A program made the translations under genes and the position numbers. Of a stretch of DNA of 64,000 nucleotides, positions 25,612-38,127 are shown piece after piece. Numbering within the stretch: position 1 is the stretch's first letter; each line of letters opens with the position of its first letter. Source of the stretch: Octopus vulgaris (taxonomy: Eukaryota); NCBI GenBank assembly GCA_951406725.2, contig OX597814.1:201004001-201068000 (forward strand), read 5' to 3'. The notes beneath the pieces were generated by a model. It did not search any database and had not been told where the DNA came from. It saw only the letters and a program-made list of their open reading frames with translations.

Positions 25612-26205
25612 TAAGTTTCAGTCTAAGGACTGGCGGCATGCTGGGGTCACCGCTGTTTACTTTGCTACACTTTCACTAAACTTCCGCTGATGTGTAGCAT
25701 TTGGTAGATGAGGGATGAGTCTGATGTTGTTGCCCCCCCACCCCACCCCGCCCTATCTGTGCTTCTTGCCTTGAGGTAGGTTCATCCGAAACTCTTGGCA
25801 GAAGGAGATCCAGTTTTGTTTCGAAAAAGCCTACATTCACACCATACAGGTCTCTCAGGCTTTGGCAGAGAAATATTGAAGAGCTGTGGGCCTTTGAAGC
25901 CCAAGCAGTTGCAGTATCTCGTTCTGCATTCTAATGGCAATGTTGTAGTTTTTGATACTATGCGGTGGCGCCCCGCCCCGCCCTGCTGTTTGTGTCACTG
26001 ACATTGCCAAAGTTTGGCACAAGTTTTTCTAGGATTTTCCAGATGTATATCACTGCATATCTTTCCCGCTTTCACTCCAGGGAGGAGAGTGTTAACTATT
26101 TCAGTCTCTCCCAGTAGATGATATGCTGTATTGTGCTGATCATCTTAGTGTAGCTTCGCTGGATCGCCTCGAGTTCCCTCTTTAATTTTACACCGTTTGG
26201 TGACC
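25612..26205 (-). mobile_element. CR1-group LINE 3' fragment
   Basis: Minus strand encodes ERYAVIYIWKILEKLVPNFG and RYCNCLGFKGPQLFNI; same tail hairpin at 25614-25653. Confidence 0.8.
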
Positions 26206-26441
26206 ATAATATATTTATACAAATATGTGTGTGTGTGTTTTCCAGAATGGAGGCGAACACCTTTCTCCATGTGATCGGCTTGAAAATTGTTAAGACACTA
26301 GGATATTTTCATACTTTTCTTAACATGAAACCAATGATAGCCTTAATTCACAAATAAAGAAATTATATGTCCACCAATGTGATGTTGAGCACTCATTTCA
26401 TCGTTCGACATTTACCTATTAGTATACATACATACATACAT

Positions 26442-26592
26442 ACAGCTAAGTTATAGGGACGTAAACACACCAACATCGGTTGTCAAGCGATAGCGTGGGA
26501 CAAACACAGACACACACACAAATACGCACACAGACACACACAGATACACACGATGGGCTTCTTTCAGTTTCCGTCTACCAAATCCACTCACA
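26442..26592 (-). repeat. 151-bp local copy of 24775-24925 embedded in a (CATA)n tract
   Basis: Near-identical to the neighbouring SINE interior, including private variants and the irregular microsatellite. Confidence 0.88.
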
Positions 26593-26815
26593 TACATACA
26601 TACATACATACATACATACACAGACACATACATACATACATACATACATACATACATACATACATACATACATACATACATACATACATACATACATACA
26701 CTTAATCTCTAATGGTGAATGAGACAAAATATATTTTATCAGACTTCTTGTTTAGATTTCTTCGATATAAGTGGCCGCCAACGTTCTGTTTAATTTGACA
26801 CTTACGTGAGTATAT

Positions 26816-26970
26816 AGGCGGGCTGGCAGAAACATTAGCACGCCGGGCGAAATGCTTAGCAGTATTTCATCTGTCTTTACGTTCTGAGTTCAAATTCTGC
26901 CGAGTTCGGCTTTGCCTTTCATCCTTTCGGAGTTGATAAATTTCGGGCCTTGTGCCTCGAGTAGAAAAGA
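26816..26970 (+). mobile_element. Group C SINE, internally deleted
   Basis: Head and central domain joined directly to the GGCCTTGTGCCT..GTAGAAAAG tail. Confidence 0.8.
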
Positions 26971-27826
26971 ATACACACACACGCACACACATGCACGCAT
27001 GCACGCACGTACACACGTTAATGTCAAAGCAGTGAAGTTGAGTGCTCAACACTGCATTGGTGGATAAATGTTCGTTGTGGATTAACAAGGTTATCAATTG
27101 TTTCATGAGGAAGAGATCCTCACAGTTATTCAAATGAACCACTTGCGAATGTTGGTACTCGTATTCATACATACATATTATATATCAGAATATTTCGTAT
27201 CTTTGTATGGCGGTGAACGAAAAGGCAACACCTAATATGTTTAGGAAAAGCGAACTAATTTTATTGTATAACCTATTATTTCCTTTATATTTCGTTACGT
27301 TGGTATGCATATATATCGTTGTGCATTTTGATATTTATAATTTATACAATCTAATATTGAATAAAGGTGGAAGAGAGCAGGAGAGAAAGAGAGAGGAGAG
27401 AAAGATAGGGAGAGAATAAAGAAAGGAAAAAGAGAGAAAGAAAGGAAAGAAGAAAAGGAGTCGAAGGAATGAAGGAAGAAAGAGAGCGTTGCTAGGAAAG
27501 AAAAGTAACAGAGTTAGTGGAAGAAAGACTGAGATTATGAGTTGCATTGAAAATTTAATATGGAAGCAAATAGTGCAGTATGTGTTTATAGTTTTATGTG
27601 TATATGTATTTAACCGAATGAAACTTTAAATATGAAATTTCTATGTTAGTTTGATATGAGAAATAGATATACAAATAAAAATGTTCACAAATATAGACCG
27701 AATGGAGAAAGTAGTTAAAAAGAAAAGGATGAGTATAAGAGCGACAAAGGTAACGTCATAAGAATGTAAAAAGACTAAGAGAAATAGAGACGATAGTGAA
27801 AGAAGAGATGGAAAGGGAGAGAAAGT

Positions 27827-27863
<37 letters not shown>

Positions 27864-29907
27864 CATTGCTAGGATGCAGCAGCAGAGAAGGAATACAAAT
27901 GCAAAATGCTGCAGTGAAAAACATTGGGGTTGCTGATAAGCGTGCAGTTGAACACTTAAATAATAAAAGAAACTTCAAAACCACATTTTAATAAAAAAAA
28001 AAAGTGTTAAAATTGGAAATGATAAGAATTTTCTAGGCAGTGAAAACCTTAATAATTGCTTTCTTGAGGTAAAACTTACATAATTCCAACTAATTAATCA
28101 GCAGCTTTCTCCATTATTATGCATTTCTGCATTGATTTCTGTTGCTTCATTAAAATGCTATAAATGACAGAACTCAGTATGTTAAGGTAAAATATACTTT
28201 AACATATTTTCATCTAATAATTTTAAAATACCAATACCTCGAGTTTCGGAAATCTGCTCTTTCGCCTGACATCTGTATGTGTTGCCTCTTAAACTGATGA
28301 AAGTTCGATTATTTTGAAACAATGCTTAAGTTCAATCGAGAAAAAAAATTTTCACTGTTATGTAAACAATGTTTGTAAAAACGAGTTCTTGAATACACAA
28401 CAAGATTTTGTTACGTGAAAATTTATTTCAGCTCATTTGAGTTACGCTATGTTATGCACATAATAGATATTATTCAATTGGTGAGTTGTCAAAAGCATAA
28501 AATTTACAAATTTTAATATTTTAAAAATTAAAATGTGGTTTTGCAGTTTCTTTTATTATTTATGGCGTTAATCTAATGAATGATTGCTTTAAATAATAGC
28601 TTATCTATGCTATTGATTAGAAAAGGAAACCGAGTTCCCTGAGTAGTAGTCAGCAAATTGTGAAATGGTCGATCAGAAGACACTTTTGTAATATTCTAAA
28701 ATAAGAACCGTTGCTTCAACATTGCATTTCCATCTGCTTCCTGGTTCTTACGGGAATACGAAAATAATCTAATCGCATTCTTACTTCTTATTTATTCATC
28801 ATTGCCTTCAGAGTGCAAAACTTACACAAAAGATGATTAGCTTCATAACTACAAAGCGCTAAAAATTCTCTTCTTTTGCTCGGATCATTACTACCTTCTT
28901 GATTTGGAGCTGCCATTCCTGTAGACATGTATTTTATCTCTGGATGACCAATAAAGTTTGAATTAGTTAAACTTGTCTCACGTTAGAACCGCATCAATTT
29001 CGACAATGCCGCAGAATAGTTCCTTTTCAATCAAGACAAAATGAAAATTTGTTTAAGATATTGATTTTAAACTCTTATTCCATTTGACCGATTATTCGCT
29101 CTTGGTTCATCGTTACTATTCGTTTCTACTTTAGCGCTGTGTTCTAACAACTTTGCCAAGCAACAACAGAATGAAAATCACGAATTGTAAAGTAGCATGA
29201 TTCATGTTAACTAAATTCTCGCCTTTGTAAATTTTCAGCCTTGCAACGATATAACCTCTTATTATAACCACTCAACATTCTTACCAGTTGAATACCTAAC
29301 TTTAACACAGATCCTATCAAATATCTTACTATATATGTGTGTGTGTATTATGTGTTTGTTTGTGTGTGTGTGTATTTGTGTGCGTGTGTTGTGTACACGA
29401 GCGTGTGCGTGCGTGTGTACTATACAAAATGGACGGAAGATAGCTATCTATGAAAGTAACCTCCTTGCTATATTAGTTCTTACTGCTAGATTAAATACTG
29501 AATTCACTAGAAAAATAATCCTTTCTCGTATGTATACGCTGTGTGCTCTCGGTTTTTTAACGTATATCTTAGAGTAGAAGTCACCATTTCCGAGACCAGC
29601 ATTATAAACCCAGCTGCTTCCATAAGAGCATAATTATTGGAAAATATTCAAATACCTGTCTATTAATATTATCAACTGCTTTCCTCAATATGCTGGGCGA
29701 GTGGTTAGATTGCCTGTGTATATATTCTAATTTCTCAATCGCCTTTAATATTCTTTTACTAACTGTAATGAAATCTGGTTTAGCAGCATTGATTAATCAA
29801 CACTTAAAGTCTACTTTCAAAGATAAATTTATGGACTAAGAGCTAGAAAAGGGATCAAGGTGTATATACAAACATACACACATATTAGCAAATACATACA
29901 CACACAC

Positions 29908-29986
<79 letters not shown>

Positions 29987-29993
29987 GTATGTA

Positions 29994-30028
<35 letters not shown>

Positions 30029-30068
30029 TAGGTTATAAACAATTTGGCTCTATTATACAGGAGAGAAC

Positions 30069-30480
30069 AAGGTGGAGATCCGGCAGAATCGTTAGCACGT
30101 CGGGCAAAATGCTTAGTGGCATTTGGTCTGTCCTTACATTCTGAGTTCAAATTCCGCCCAGGTCGACTTTGCCTTTCGTCCTTTCGGGGTCGATAAATTA
30201 AGTACGAGTGAAACATTGGGGTTGATGTATTCGACTAATCTCCTCGCTACAAATCTGAGGCCTTGTGTCTCCAGTAGAAAGGGTTATAGAAAAGAAAATG
30301 TGCGTGTGTGTGTGCATGTATGCAATTAATACTTTTATGCTCAGATATTCCACCGAGGTCGACTTAGCCTTTCATCCATCGAGGTCGATAAAATAAGTAC
30401 CAAGTGGACACCGGGAGTCAATGTACTCGCTTTACCCCTTCTCTCGAAATTGTTGGCCTTTTCCCAAACTTTTAAAGCAA
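30069..30480 (+). mobile_element. Two group C SINE copies (30069-30283 and a diverged partial copy at 30345-30480)
   Basis: Both contain the GAGGTCGACTT.GCCTTTC.TCC..GGTCGATAAA.TAAGTAC central motif. Confidence 0.8.
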
Positions 30481-31189
30481 CATTTTAATTTTCAGAGAAT
30501 TTGAAATAAATCAAAATTTTCCTTTTGTGTAATGGTGCCAAATTGTTTATATTTTATGTCTTCGGTAGAAGCGTTTCATTAAATATCAATGGTGGAAAGT
30601 TTTCTTTAAAAGAATTGAAATATATTATGACAAAGCAGACAACTACAACATAGATAATAAATTTAATAAAATAGAAAACATTTGTTGAAAGAATTATGAT
30701 ATTTAATACATGTAATATATGTATGTTCATGTGTAATCTCATGTTTCCAGAAACTTTTATTATTAACAAGATACATTAGACAAATTAGAAGGTGATAATG
30801 AGACATTAAACAATATTTTTCTTTTCCCAATGGTAGCGAAATTATATTCATGTCAATTTTTTTTTTTTCAGTATTTTTAAAGCTATTTTTTTATTTATGA
30901 TATTAGTTTAGATTCTTTTAATTGATGTGGCATCAAATTAACAAAAAAATGTAAAATAAATCGAATGTGGGTGTAAAAGAACATTTATCAAAATTATCAA
31001 TATACTTTGCGATCATTCTATTTTGAATTTGTTTTGATCTGAAAATGTTTATTGCGTATGAGAAGAGTCGTGATAAAGTCTGTTGTGCTTTATGGGTTTT
31101 ATTACTTACGGCACTTCCCGGAAAATAACACAAGCAATAGCGAATGTTCTTTGAAAAGAATATATTAAAGGTGAGAATTTAATTGAATG

Positions 31190-31455
31190 TTATTCTTTTA
31201 TTCGTTTATTCTTTTACTTGTTTTTCAGTCATTTGACTGCGGCCATGCAGCAGCACCGCCTTTAGACGAGCGAATCGACCCTAGGGCTTATTCTTTGTAA
31301 GCCCAGTACTTATTCTATCGTTCTCTTTTGCTGGACACACAACATCAGTTGTCAAGCGATGGTGGCGGGGTGGGGGTGGGACATACATACATACATACAT
31401 ACATACATACATACATACATACATACATACATACGTACACACACACACACACATG

Positions 31456-31511
<56 letters not shown>

Positions 31512-31680
31512 TATACGACGGGTTTCTTTCAGTTTCCATCTACCAAATCCACTCACAAGGTTTTGGTCGGCCTGAGGCTTATAGTAGAAGACATTTGACC
31601 AAGGTGCCACGCAGTGGGACTGAACCTGGAACCATGTGGTTGGGAAGCAAGGTTCTTACCACACATCCACTCCTGCGCCT
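31190..31680 (-). mobile_element. Group A SINE, full length with expanded internal microsatellite
   Basis: Reverse complement of 831-1296. Confidence 0.9.
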
Positions 31681-31699
31681 GAAAGTTTTGCATTATCAT

Positions 31700-32311
31700 A
31701 AAACATGCTGTGATCAACCAGACTATCAGATGTTGCTGTGCATTGCTGGTCACAATGCGCTTCGCTTTGTGACAGCCTTCCAATGATGCCACTCTGTTGG
31801 CTAGGCGAGTAGACTAACATTTCCTCACCTCTTGATTAGAAGACTATCCGTCGCAGGGTTTTTATCCTTTTGCCGCTGAGAGGACTGGAGCGACGTGAAA
31901 TAAAGTGTCTTGCTTAAGAACACAATGCGACGCCTGGTCGGGAACCGAACCCACGATCTAACAATCGTTACTGCAACTGTATAAAAAAAAGCTGGCACTT
32001 CGTCGGTAGCGACGATGAGTGTTCCAGTTGGTCCGATCAACGGAACAGCCTGCTCGTGAAATTAACGTACACTGAGCACTCCACAGACACGTGTACCCTT
32101 AACGTAGTTCTCAGGGAGATTCAGCGTGACACAGAGTGCGACAAAACTGACCCTTTGAAATACAGATACTACTCATTTTTGTCATTTGATTGGACTGGAG
32201 CAACGTGAAATAAAGTGTCTTCCTCACGGGCAGAACGCGCTGCCAGAAATCGAACTCATGACTTTATGATCGTGAGCCGAATAACCAAACCACTGCCCTG
32301 TGCGCCTTCAC
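31700..32311 (-). mobile_element. Two adjacent group B SINEs with head B2 (31700-31975 with a different tail; 31995-32311 with tail T1)
   Basis: Both share GGACTGGAGC.ACGTGAAATAAAGTGTCTT and B-box remnants; 31995-32165 matches the T1 tail of 21823-22000. Confidence 0.75.
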
Positions 32312-33014
32312 ATTATATAATATATGATTTACATTTGAAGTAACTCTTTGCAAAGTTCTAGCAATGAAATGATTGCAACTTCTGTGGAGAATTGGCTGTA
32401 ATTCTAAAGAGGATATGAAGTTTTCTCTAGACACCTATGGAAATCTTTTACTTCAATCTTTCAATAAAAGAACTCTGTATTCAAAGTGATCCATTTACGC
32501 GAAGTATTTATATATTTTAATGGTAAATATATTTTTAGGAATTCAAGAAATGAATCAATGAGAATAAACCAGACAAATATTATTGCATGAGAGAGAATAT
32601 ATATTAATATAAATTTATAAATAAATATCATCTAACGTCCCCCAATACAGCAACACCATCGTTCACAAACCGCCTTTAACTATTATTATGAATTAATTAG
32701 AAGAGAATTGCGTCTCAACTTGTTTATCCTGTCTATAGACAGGTGTCTCCAGACTTTAGCGTTACTGTTTACTTTAATCATGTTCTATTTAATGTGTCTT
32801 TCAGGTGTAGACAATGGTGCTTTTCAATGACATTTACCATTTCACAGAAGAGCAGACATTGGGACAAACAATACGCCGCTTCAAATTATTTTACGTAGCT
32901 CGTACATAAAAGATTTTAATAAATTCAGAAGAAAAAATAAATTGATTTTCTATGACGAAGAGGAAGCGTTAGACATTTTGAGCAGGATCTTTCATGCACT
33001 GTGAGAGATATATA

Positions 33015-33200
33015 TCAGGCTGAGTAAAAAGTAAGCAATGGTTTGAAACATGAAATTCATCACAATATATTTCAACAATGCGGAAATTTTATTCATCAAA
33101 GTACCATTACAATCAACACATTTTTGCCAACGAGTTACAAGTTTGTTTATTAACATAAAAATCTGGAGTTCTGGAGCTGATGAACTCTTTGAACGCACCT
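33015..33200 (-). mobile_element. Mariner transposon 3' end relic
   Basis: Minus-strand peptides AFKEFISSRTPDFY and INKLVTRWQKCVDCNG match the canonical mariner transposase C-terminus; ends at TA with a TIR-like TCAGGCTGAGTAAAAAGTAA. Confidence 0.8.
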
Positions 33201-33863
33201 TTGGCATCGATTTGATTATTGAGTTACATATTTTTGGGGGCACCAACATTTTTTACGTGCTTAGGGCCTTTGTGGGTCTTAATTTGGCCTTGATTACAAG
33301 CTGTTAGATTCAGTAAATTGTAAATGTCTCTGAAAATATCTAGATTTCATTGTTAAAATAACATAGCCTTGTTATGAGAGATTGCTACCTCTGTTTGTAT
33401 GGTCGTGTTTTATATTTTGTGAAGTGCTCTTTTGCTAATATTGAGGCTAAAGAAACTCGCTTCTAATATGTGTCTCATCAAAAACCTCTGTATGCAGTTT
33501 CCTCACGCCTGAAAACTGTTTGAAATCATTTCCAGACCAAATCATGGAAATCCTTCACCAATATAATATATTGTAATAACAAAAATCCAACCAAGTAGCA
33601 ATAGTTTTATTCGGCTACAACAGTAATCTTTATTATGATAAACGGTAATCTTTATTATGACAAACATAAAGAATATACGTCCCTATTTAAGGGAAATGAC
33701 TGTACAAGAGTTTGCAGCTAAATATCCCGAAATGCATTTGGACTGGAAACTACAATTCATAGCATTCGTTGGCGCTTTAAAGACTTAGTATCGCCGATGC
33801 TTTTCAGCTTCTTGTTCAATGATGTGAGATTTCGAGTGGCGAAGTTGATTTAATAAAATAATT

Positions 33864-34103
33864 GAGCCCTTTTTAAAGCCTAGCGTGACTCATGAGTCCG
33901 GTTTCCCGGTTTCTATGGCGCATGTGTTCCCCAGCTGGACGGGACACCAGTCCATCGCAGCGTTACTCACTTTTGCCAGCTGAGTGGACTGGAGCAACGT
34001 GAAATGAAGTGTTTTGCTCAAGAACACAACGTGTCGCCCGGTCAAGGAATCGAAACCACAATCTTACGATCATGATGCTGACACCCTAACCACTAAGCCT
34101 CCA
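33864..34103 (-). mobile_element. Group B SINE (head B2 + tail T2)
   Basis: Tail matches 44290-44395; the middle matches 32170-32290. Confidence 0.82.
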
Positions 34104-34299
34104 ACAATAGGTGCTATGTTGCACCTACTCCTCCGTCACATGCTTTATAAGCTCTCTCTCTACATACCATTGTAATAGTTCATGATGAAATGTTCACGAA
34201 CAGAACCTGTCTAGGATACATTGTTCAAAAAATCCAACATCGCTTCAATTACTAATGGAGTATTCTTCAGTTGAATCAGATTCTGATCGAAAGTCTGGA

Positions 34300-36450
34300 A
34301 AGCTCGAACTTCCAGACAGTCTTTGGTTAAGACTGTGTTAATTCAGTCATCCGGGTATTTGATAGGTAGTGATAAATAGCCTCGACATTGGCTTGTATTT
34401 ATAGTTTTAACCAAAGAGTTTAAGTGAAAACTGTCTTAGTCCAGATATCCACCTCGGTATAGATTGTGCCATAGATCAGATGTCTGGTGTGTTTCAGTAT
34501 AAATAAAGGATCTAATCACACAGAGGTTCTTTCGAACACCACTCTGTTTTTCCGTCCAGTTTTCATTCTTGAAGGACAAGTGCAATTGTTCCCTTAAGGT
34601 TTCATTTCGATGTTTTATTTGAGTAAGATGGCGTGGTGTTGTTTTAAATTAATACATAAATTGGGATCCTTGGTTTGGTAGAATTTGAAATTGGAATAGA
34701 AAACATGTTTTGAAGACAGTGAATTATTGTTTTAAATTCTGTTATCCTTGAATACGCAAACGCAAAAGGGAACCGTGACTGTTCATGTATAACATTACAC
34801 AAATAATAGTAAAAGTCATACGATGGTATATTTCTTTATTGCTCACAAGGGGCTACACACAGAGGGGACAAACGAGGACAGACAAAGGGATTAAATCGAT
34901 TACATCGACCCCAGTGCGAAACTGGTACTTTATTTATCGACCCCGAAAGGATGAAAGGCAAAGTCGACCTCGGCGGAATTTGAACTCACAACGTAACGCA
35001 GACGAAATACCGCTAAGCGGTTCGCCCGGCGTGCTAACGTTTCTGCTAGCTCGCCGCCTTTAAGTCATATGATGGTATGGGTCCTTTAAACTCAACATCG
35101 AGACACTCAGATGTGTCCGTAGACTTGGTAAATTTGGTACGAGTAGGGTGGTAGAAACATCATGGTTTCAATTCTAAGCATGCAGTGATAAGCTATTTTA
35201 ACATCTCCAAGAAAAAATGGTAAATTTTTTGATCTGCCATATTACCGTAATCTAGTTACTACAACACGACGCAGCAATTTATGTAAATCAGCGATTCCAG
35301 AAGATGTTATATAGAGGCGAATAATCAGCTGTGTTATCTTTGCCAGGAATGTGTCGCTTTCTATAATTGTACAGCGATAATTCTATCCGCCAAAAGAATA
35401 TTTTATTATTATTCATTCTCCTACTTTCGTGAATACTCCATATGAAACATTTTGTTGAACGGTAATATAACATAGAATGGCTTCGAAGAAAAATTAGATT
35501 GCCATTTTCTAAAAATTTCTTTGATAATCATAGCCTCTTATTCAGTTGTAGAGCAATTGTGTTCTGGAGAAGGAAAACGACAGGTTTCTCTTACACTAGT
35601 GAACATCCAAGATTATATTTCCAGAAATCTCAAATTCCATAATAGAACTTCAAGTTAGATAGGAAAAGAGAGAGGTATTAACTCATGAAATTTTATTCGA
35701 ATAAACAGCATCTAATTTTTTTTCTTTTTGTTTTGCAATGGCAAAAGCAGCATTTAGTAGAGATTGAATTAGTTCTAGAAAAGGGAACATACGTTTAGAG
35801 TGAAAACTAAACAAATCTAGATGTTCTTTCTTAGCATGGCTAGGTATCGAATAATGAACGAAAGGCTTCAATCACCGCATGGGTTTCAGCGATTTAACAT
35901 GTATTTTTGTTTGTCACTCTTTAAAGTAATGTATAGTCTTTTAGCGGTTAAAATAAATTTAACTGTATTCTCTGATAATTTTATCAACGACAATAATATC
36001 ACCAAGATAGGCGCAACTTCTTTTGTGTAATTATTCCATCTCCTGCCCTTTGGAAAGCGCTGACGGCATTAGCCACAACAATTGGTAACTCATAAATTGA
36101 AATAAATGTTTATCAACTTGAAGTGCAGAATATTTCATATCACGTTTATGAAGAGAAATCTGTGGACTGTTTTCAAGTCGAATTTGATCTAAAATTTATT
36201 GTAGGAAAAGCGACACACGAGATATTCAATATGAGAAAGTTGGTGGGCATCTAGAATGCAGTGGCGATTTATCGTTTGTGAAGTGTCAATAATCAGGCTT
36301 TGTTTGCCGTTATTTCTTATTACTTGTGCTCGCTATGGGGAGGCTGAGAGCTTAATCATACCATCGTCAATAAGCCATTTAATCTCTTCCTTAATAAAAG
36401 TTTCAAATGGAGAAAAGCAACGAAATTTATTAGCAACCGATTTTAAATTA
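34300..36450 (-). mobile_element. Decayed Ty3/Gypsy pol (RT, RNase H, integrase)
   Basis: Minus-strand peptides in Gypsy order: IKEEIKWLIDDGMIKLSASP*RAQV, IDTSQTINR..LDAH, VANAVSAFQR, AYLGDII (RT); KIFFWRIELSLYNY..PGKDNTAD (RNase H); RSKNLPF, VEFKGPIPS, EQSRFPFAFA (integrase). No LTR recognised. Confidence 0.82.
34830..35061 (-). mobile_element. Group C SINE monomer inserted in the Gypsy integrase
   Basis: 17-bp TSD AAGTCATA(C/T)GATGGTAT at 34813-34829 and 35062-35078. Confidence 0.92.
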
Positions 36451-36683
36451 TAGAACAAGCGGGAAAAACGAGTGGGGATCGTGAACATAAAAACGAGTCG
36501 TGCAACAGTAAAATATTTTAATGATCCTCTTAGTGTAAATGTAATACTCTGATATTATTTAAGAAAGACGGGACCCAAAATTATAGAGGAACACAAATTT
36601 AAAAAACAACAACAAAAACCCATTTTAATGCACTTATTTTGGCTTTATTCGGCTAAAATGTCGAGTGACAAGCAAAACGAGTA

Positions 36684-37099
36684 TATTCTTTCTTTTATTC
36701 TTTTACTTGTTTCAGTCATTTGACTGCGGCCATGCTGGAGCACCGCCTTTTAGTCTCAAGCAAATCGACCCCGGGACTTATTCTTTGTAAGCCCAGTACT
36801 TATTCTATCGGTCTCTTTTTGCCGAACCGCTAAGTGACGGGGACGTAAACACACCAGCATCGGTTGTCAAGCAATGCTAGGGGGACAAACACTGACATAC
36901 ACACACACACACACATATATATATATACATATATACGACAGGCTTCTTTCAGTTTCCGTCTACCAAATCCACTCACAAGGCATTGGTCAGCCCGGGACTA
37001 TAGCAGAAGACACTTGCCCAAGATGCCACGCAGTGGGACTGAACCCGGAACCATGTGGTTGGTTAGCAAGCTACTTACCACACAGCCACTCCTGCGCCT
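36684..37099 (-). mobile_element. Group A SINE, full length
   Basis: Reverse complement of 831-1296. Confidence 0.92.
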
Positions 37100-38012
37100 A
37101 TATACCTGTGTTTATTGCAAACGGCTGTTATTTTAAATTCAACTGGACCGAAAATAAAAGTTAATGTGTAATATTTGAGTATGTGTATGTATGTATATGT
37201 GTACGTATGAACGTATGCATATATGTGCTTGTGTGTGTGTGTGTGTGTGTACATGTATTTGTGATCAGAGGCGTTCGTAAACCGAGGTTCTACTGTATAT
37301 TAAAGATTTATAAGTCAATACTGTCCTACCTTTTGGTGTTACCATTGCATTGTTTTTATTTTTGAATTGGTCCATCCAGTTGCGTTACACCACTAAACTC
37401 AGTCGTTATTCAAGCAATGTACTCACGTATGGGAAATGGATTGGATGTGATGCGGAAGGAGGAGTAAGAACTCCTGGAATGTTCATATACGCCCATCACC
37501 TATTTTTCTATCTTTGATTGCACTGTTTATGTAGACAGATTCGTATACGAAACGCTGCACCTTTCAGTTGTGGCTCTAAATTCTATTAAAAATCTGTAGA
37601 GAGGCACTTAAAGATGAAGGCAACACGTTGCTAACACAGAGTAAGACATAGACTTTTAAACCTTTGATATACTTGGTAGTGCATAATGGTTGGAAAATGG
37701 AATACATACATACATACATACATACATACATACAGCCTGTATATACATATGTATATTTTTTGTCTCCTTTTTTGTCTCCTTTTTTCTCACCTTTTTTCTT
37801 TCCTTTTTCTCTCTCTTTTTTTTTGCTCTCCTTGTTTTTTCTGTGTCCCTTTCTGTAGAAGAGCGTAAGCTCGAAACGTAAAAGACTTTTTCTATTCCTG
37901 AGCGTTATACTAATACATCTGGTTGTTTTGTACACCACCTCTTTTCGTCTTTTGTTGTTTTTTTTTCGTAAACTCTCTCTATGTATATATGTATATATAT
38001 ACATATACGATG

Positions 38013-38127
38013 GAATAAGTACTAGGCTTACAAAGAATAAGTCCTGGGGTCGATTTGTTCGGCTAAAGGCGGTGCTCCAGCATGGCTGCAGTCCAATGAC
38101 TTAAACAAGTAAAAGAATAAAAGAATA
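38013..38127 (+). mobile_element. Group A SINE 3' fragment
   Basis: Matches 1198-1296 and ends in (AAAAGAAT)n. Confidence 0.85.

Noticed and set aside
32805-33000. Possible exon between TTTCAG and GTGAGA
   Set aside because: All three frames hit stops within about 110 nt and no peptide is recognisable; it cannot be supported without RNA data.
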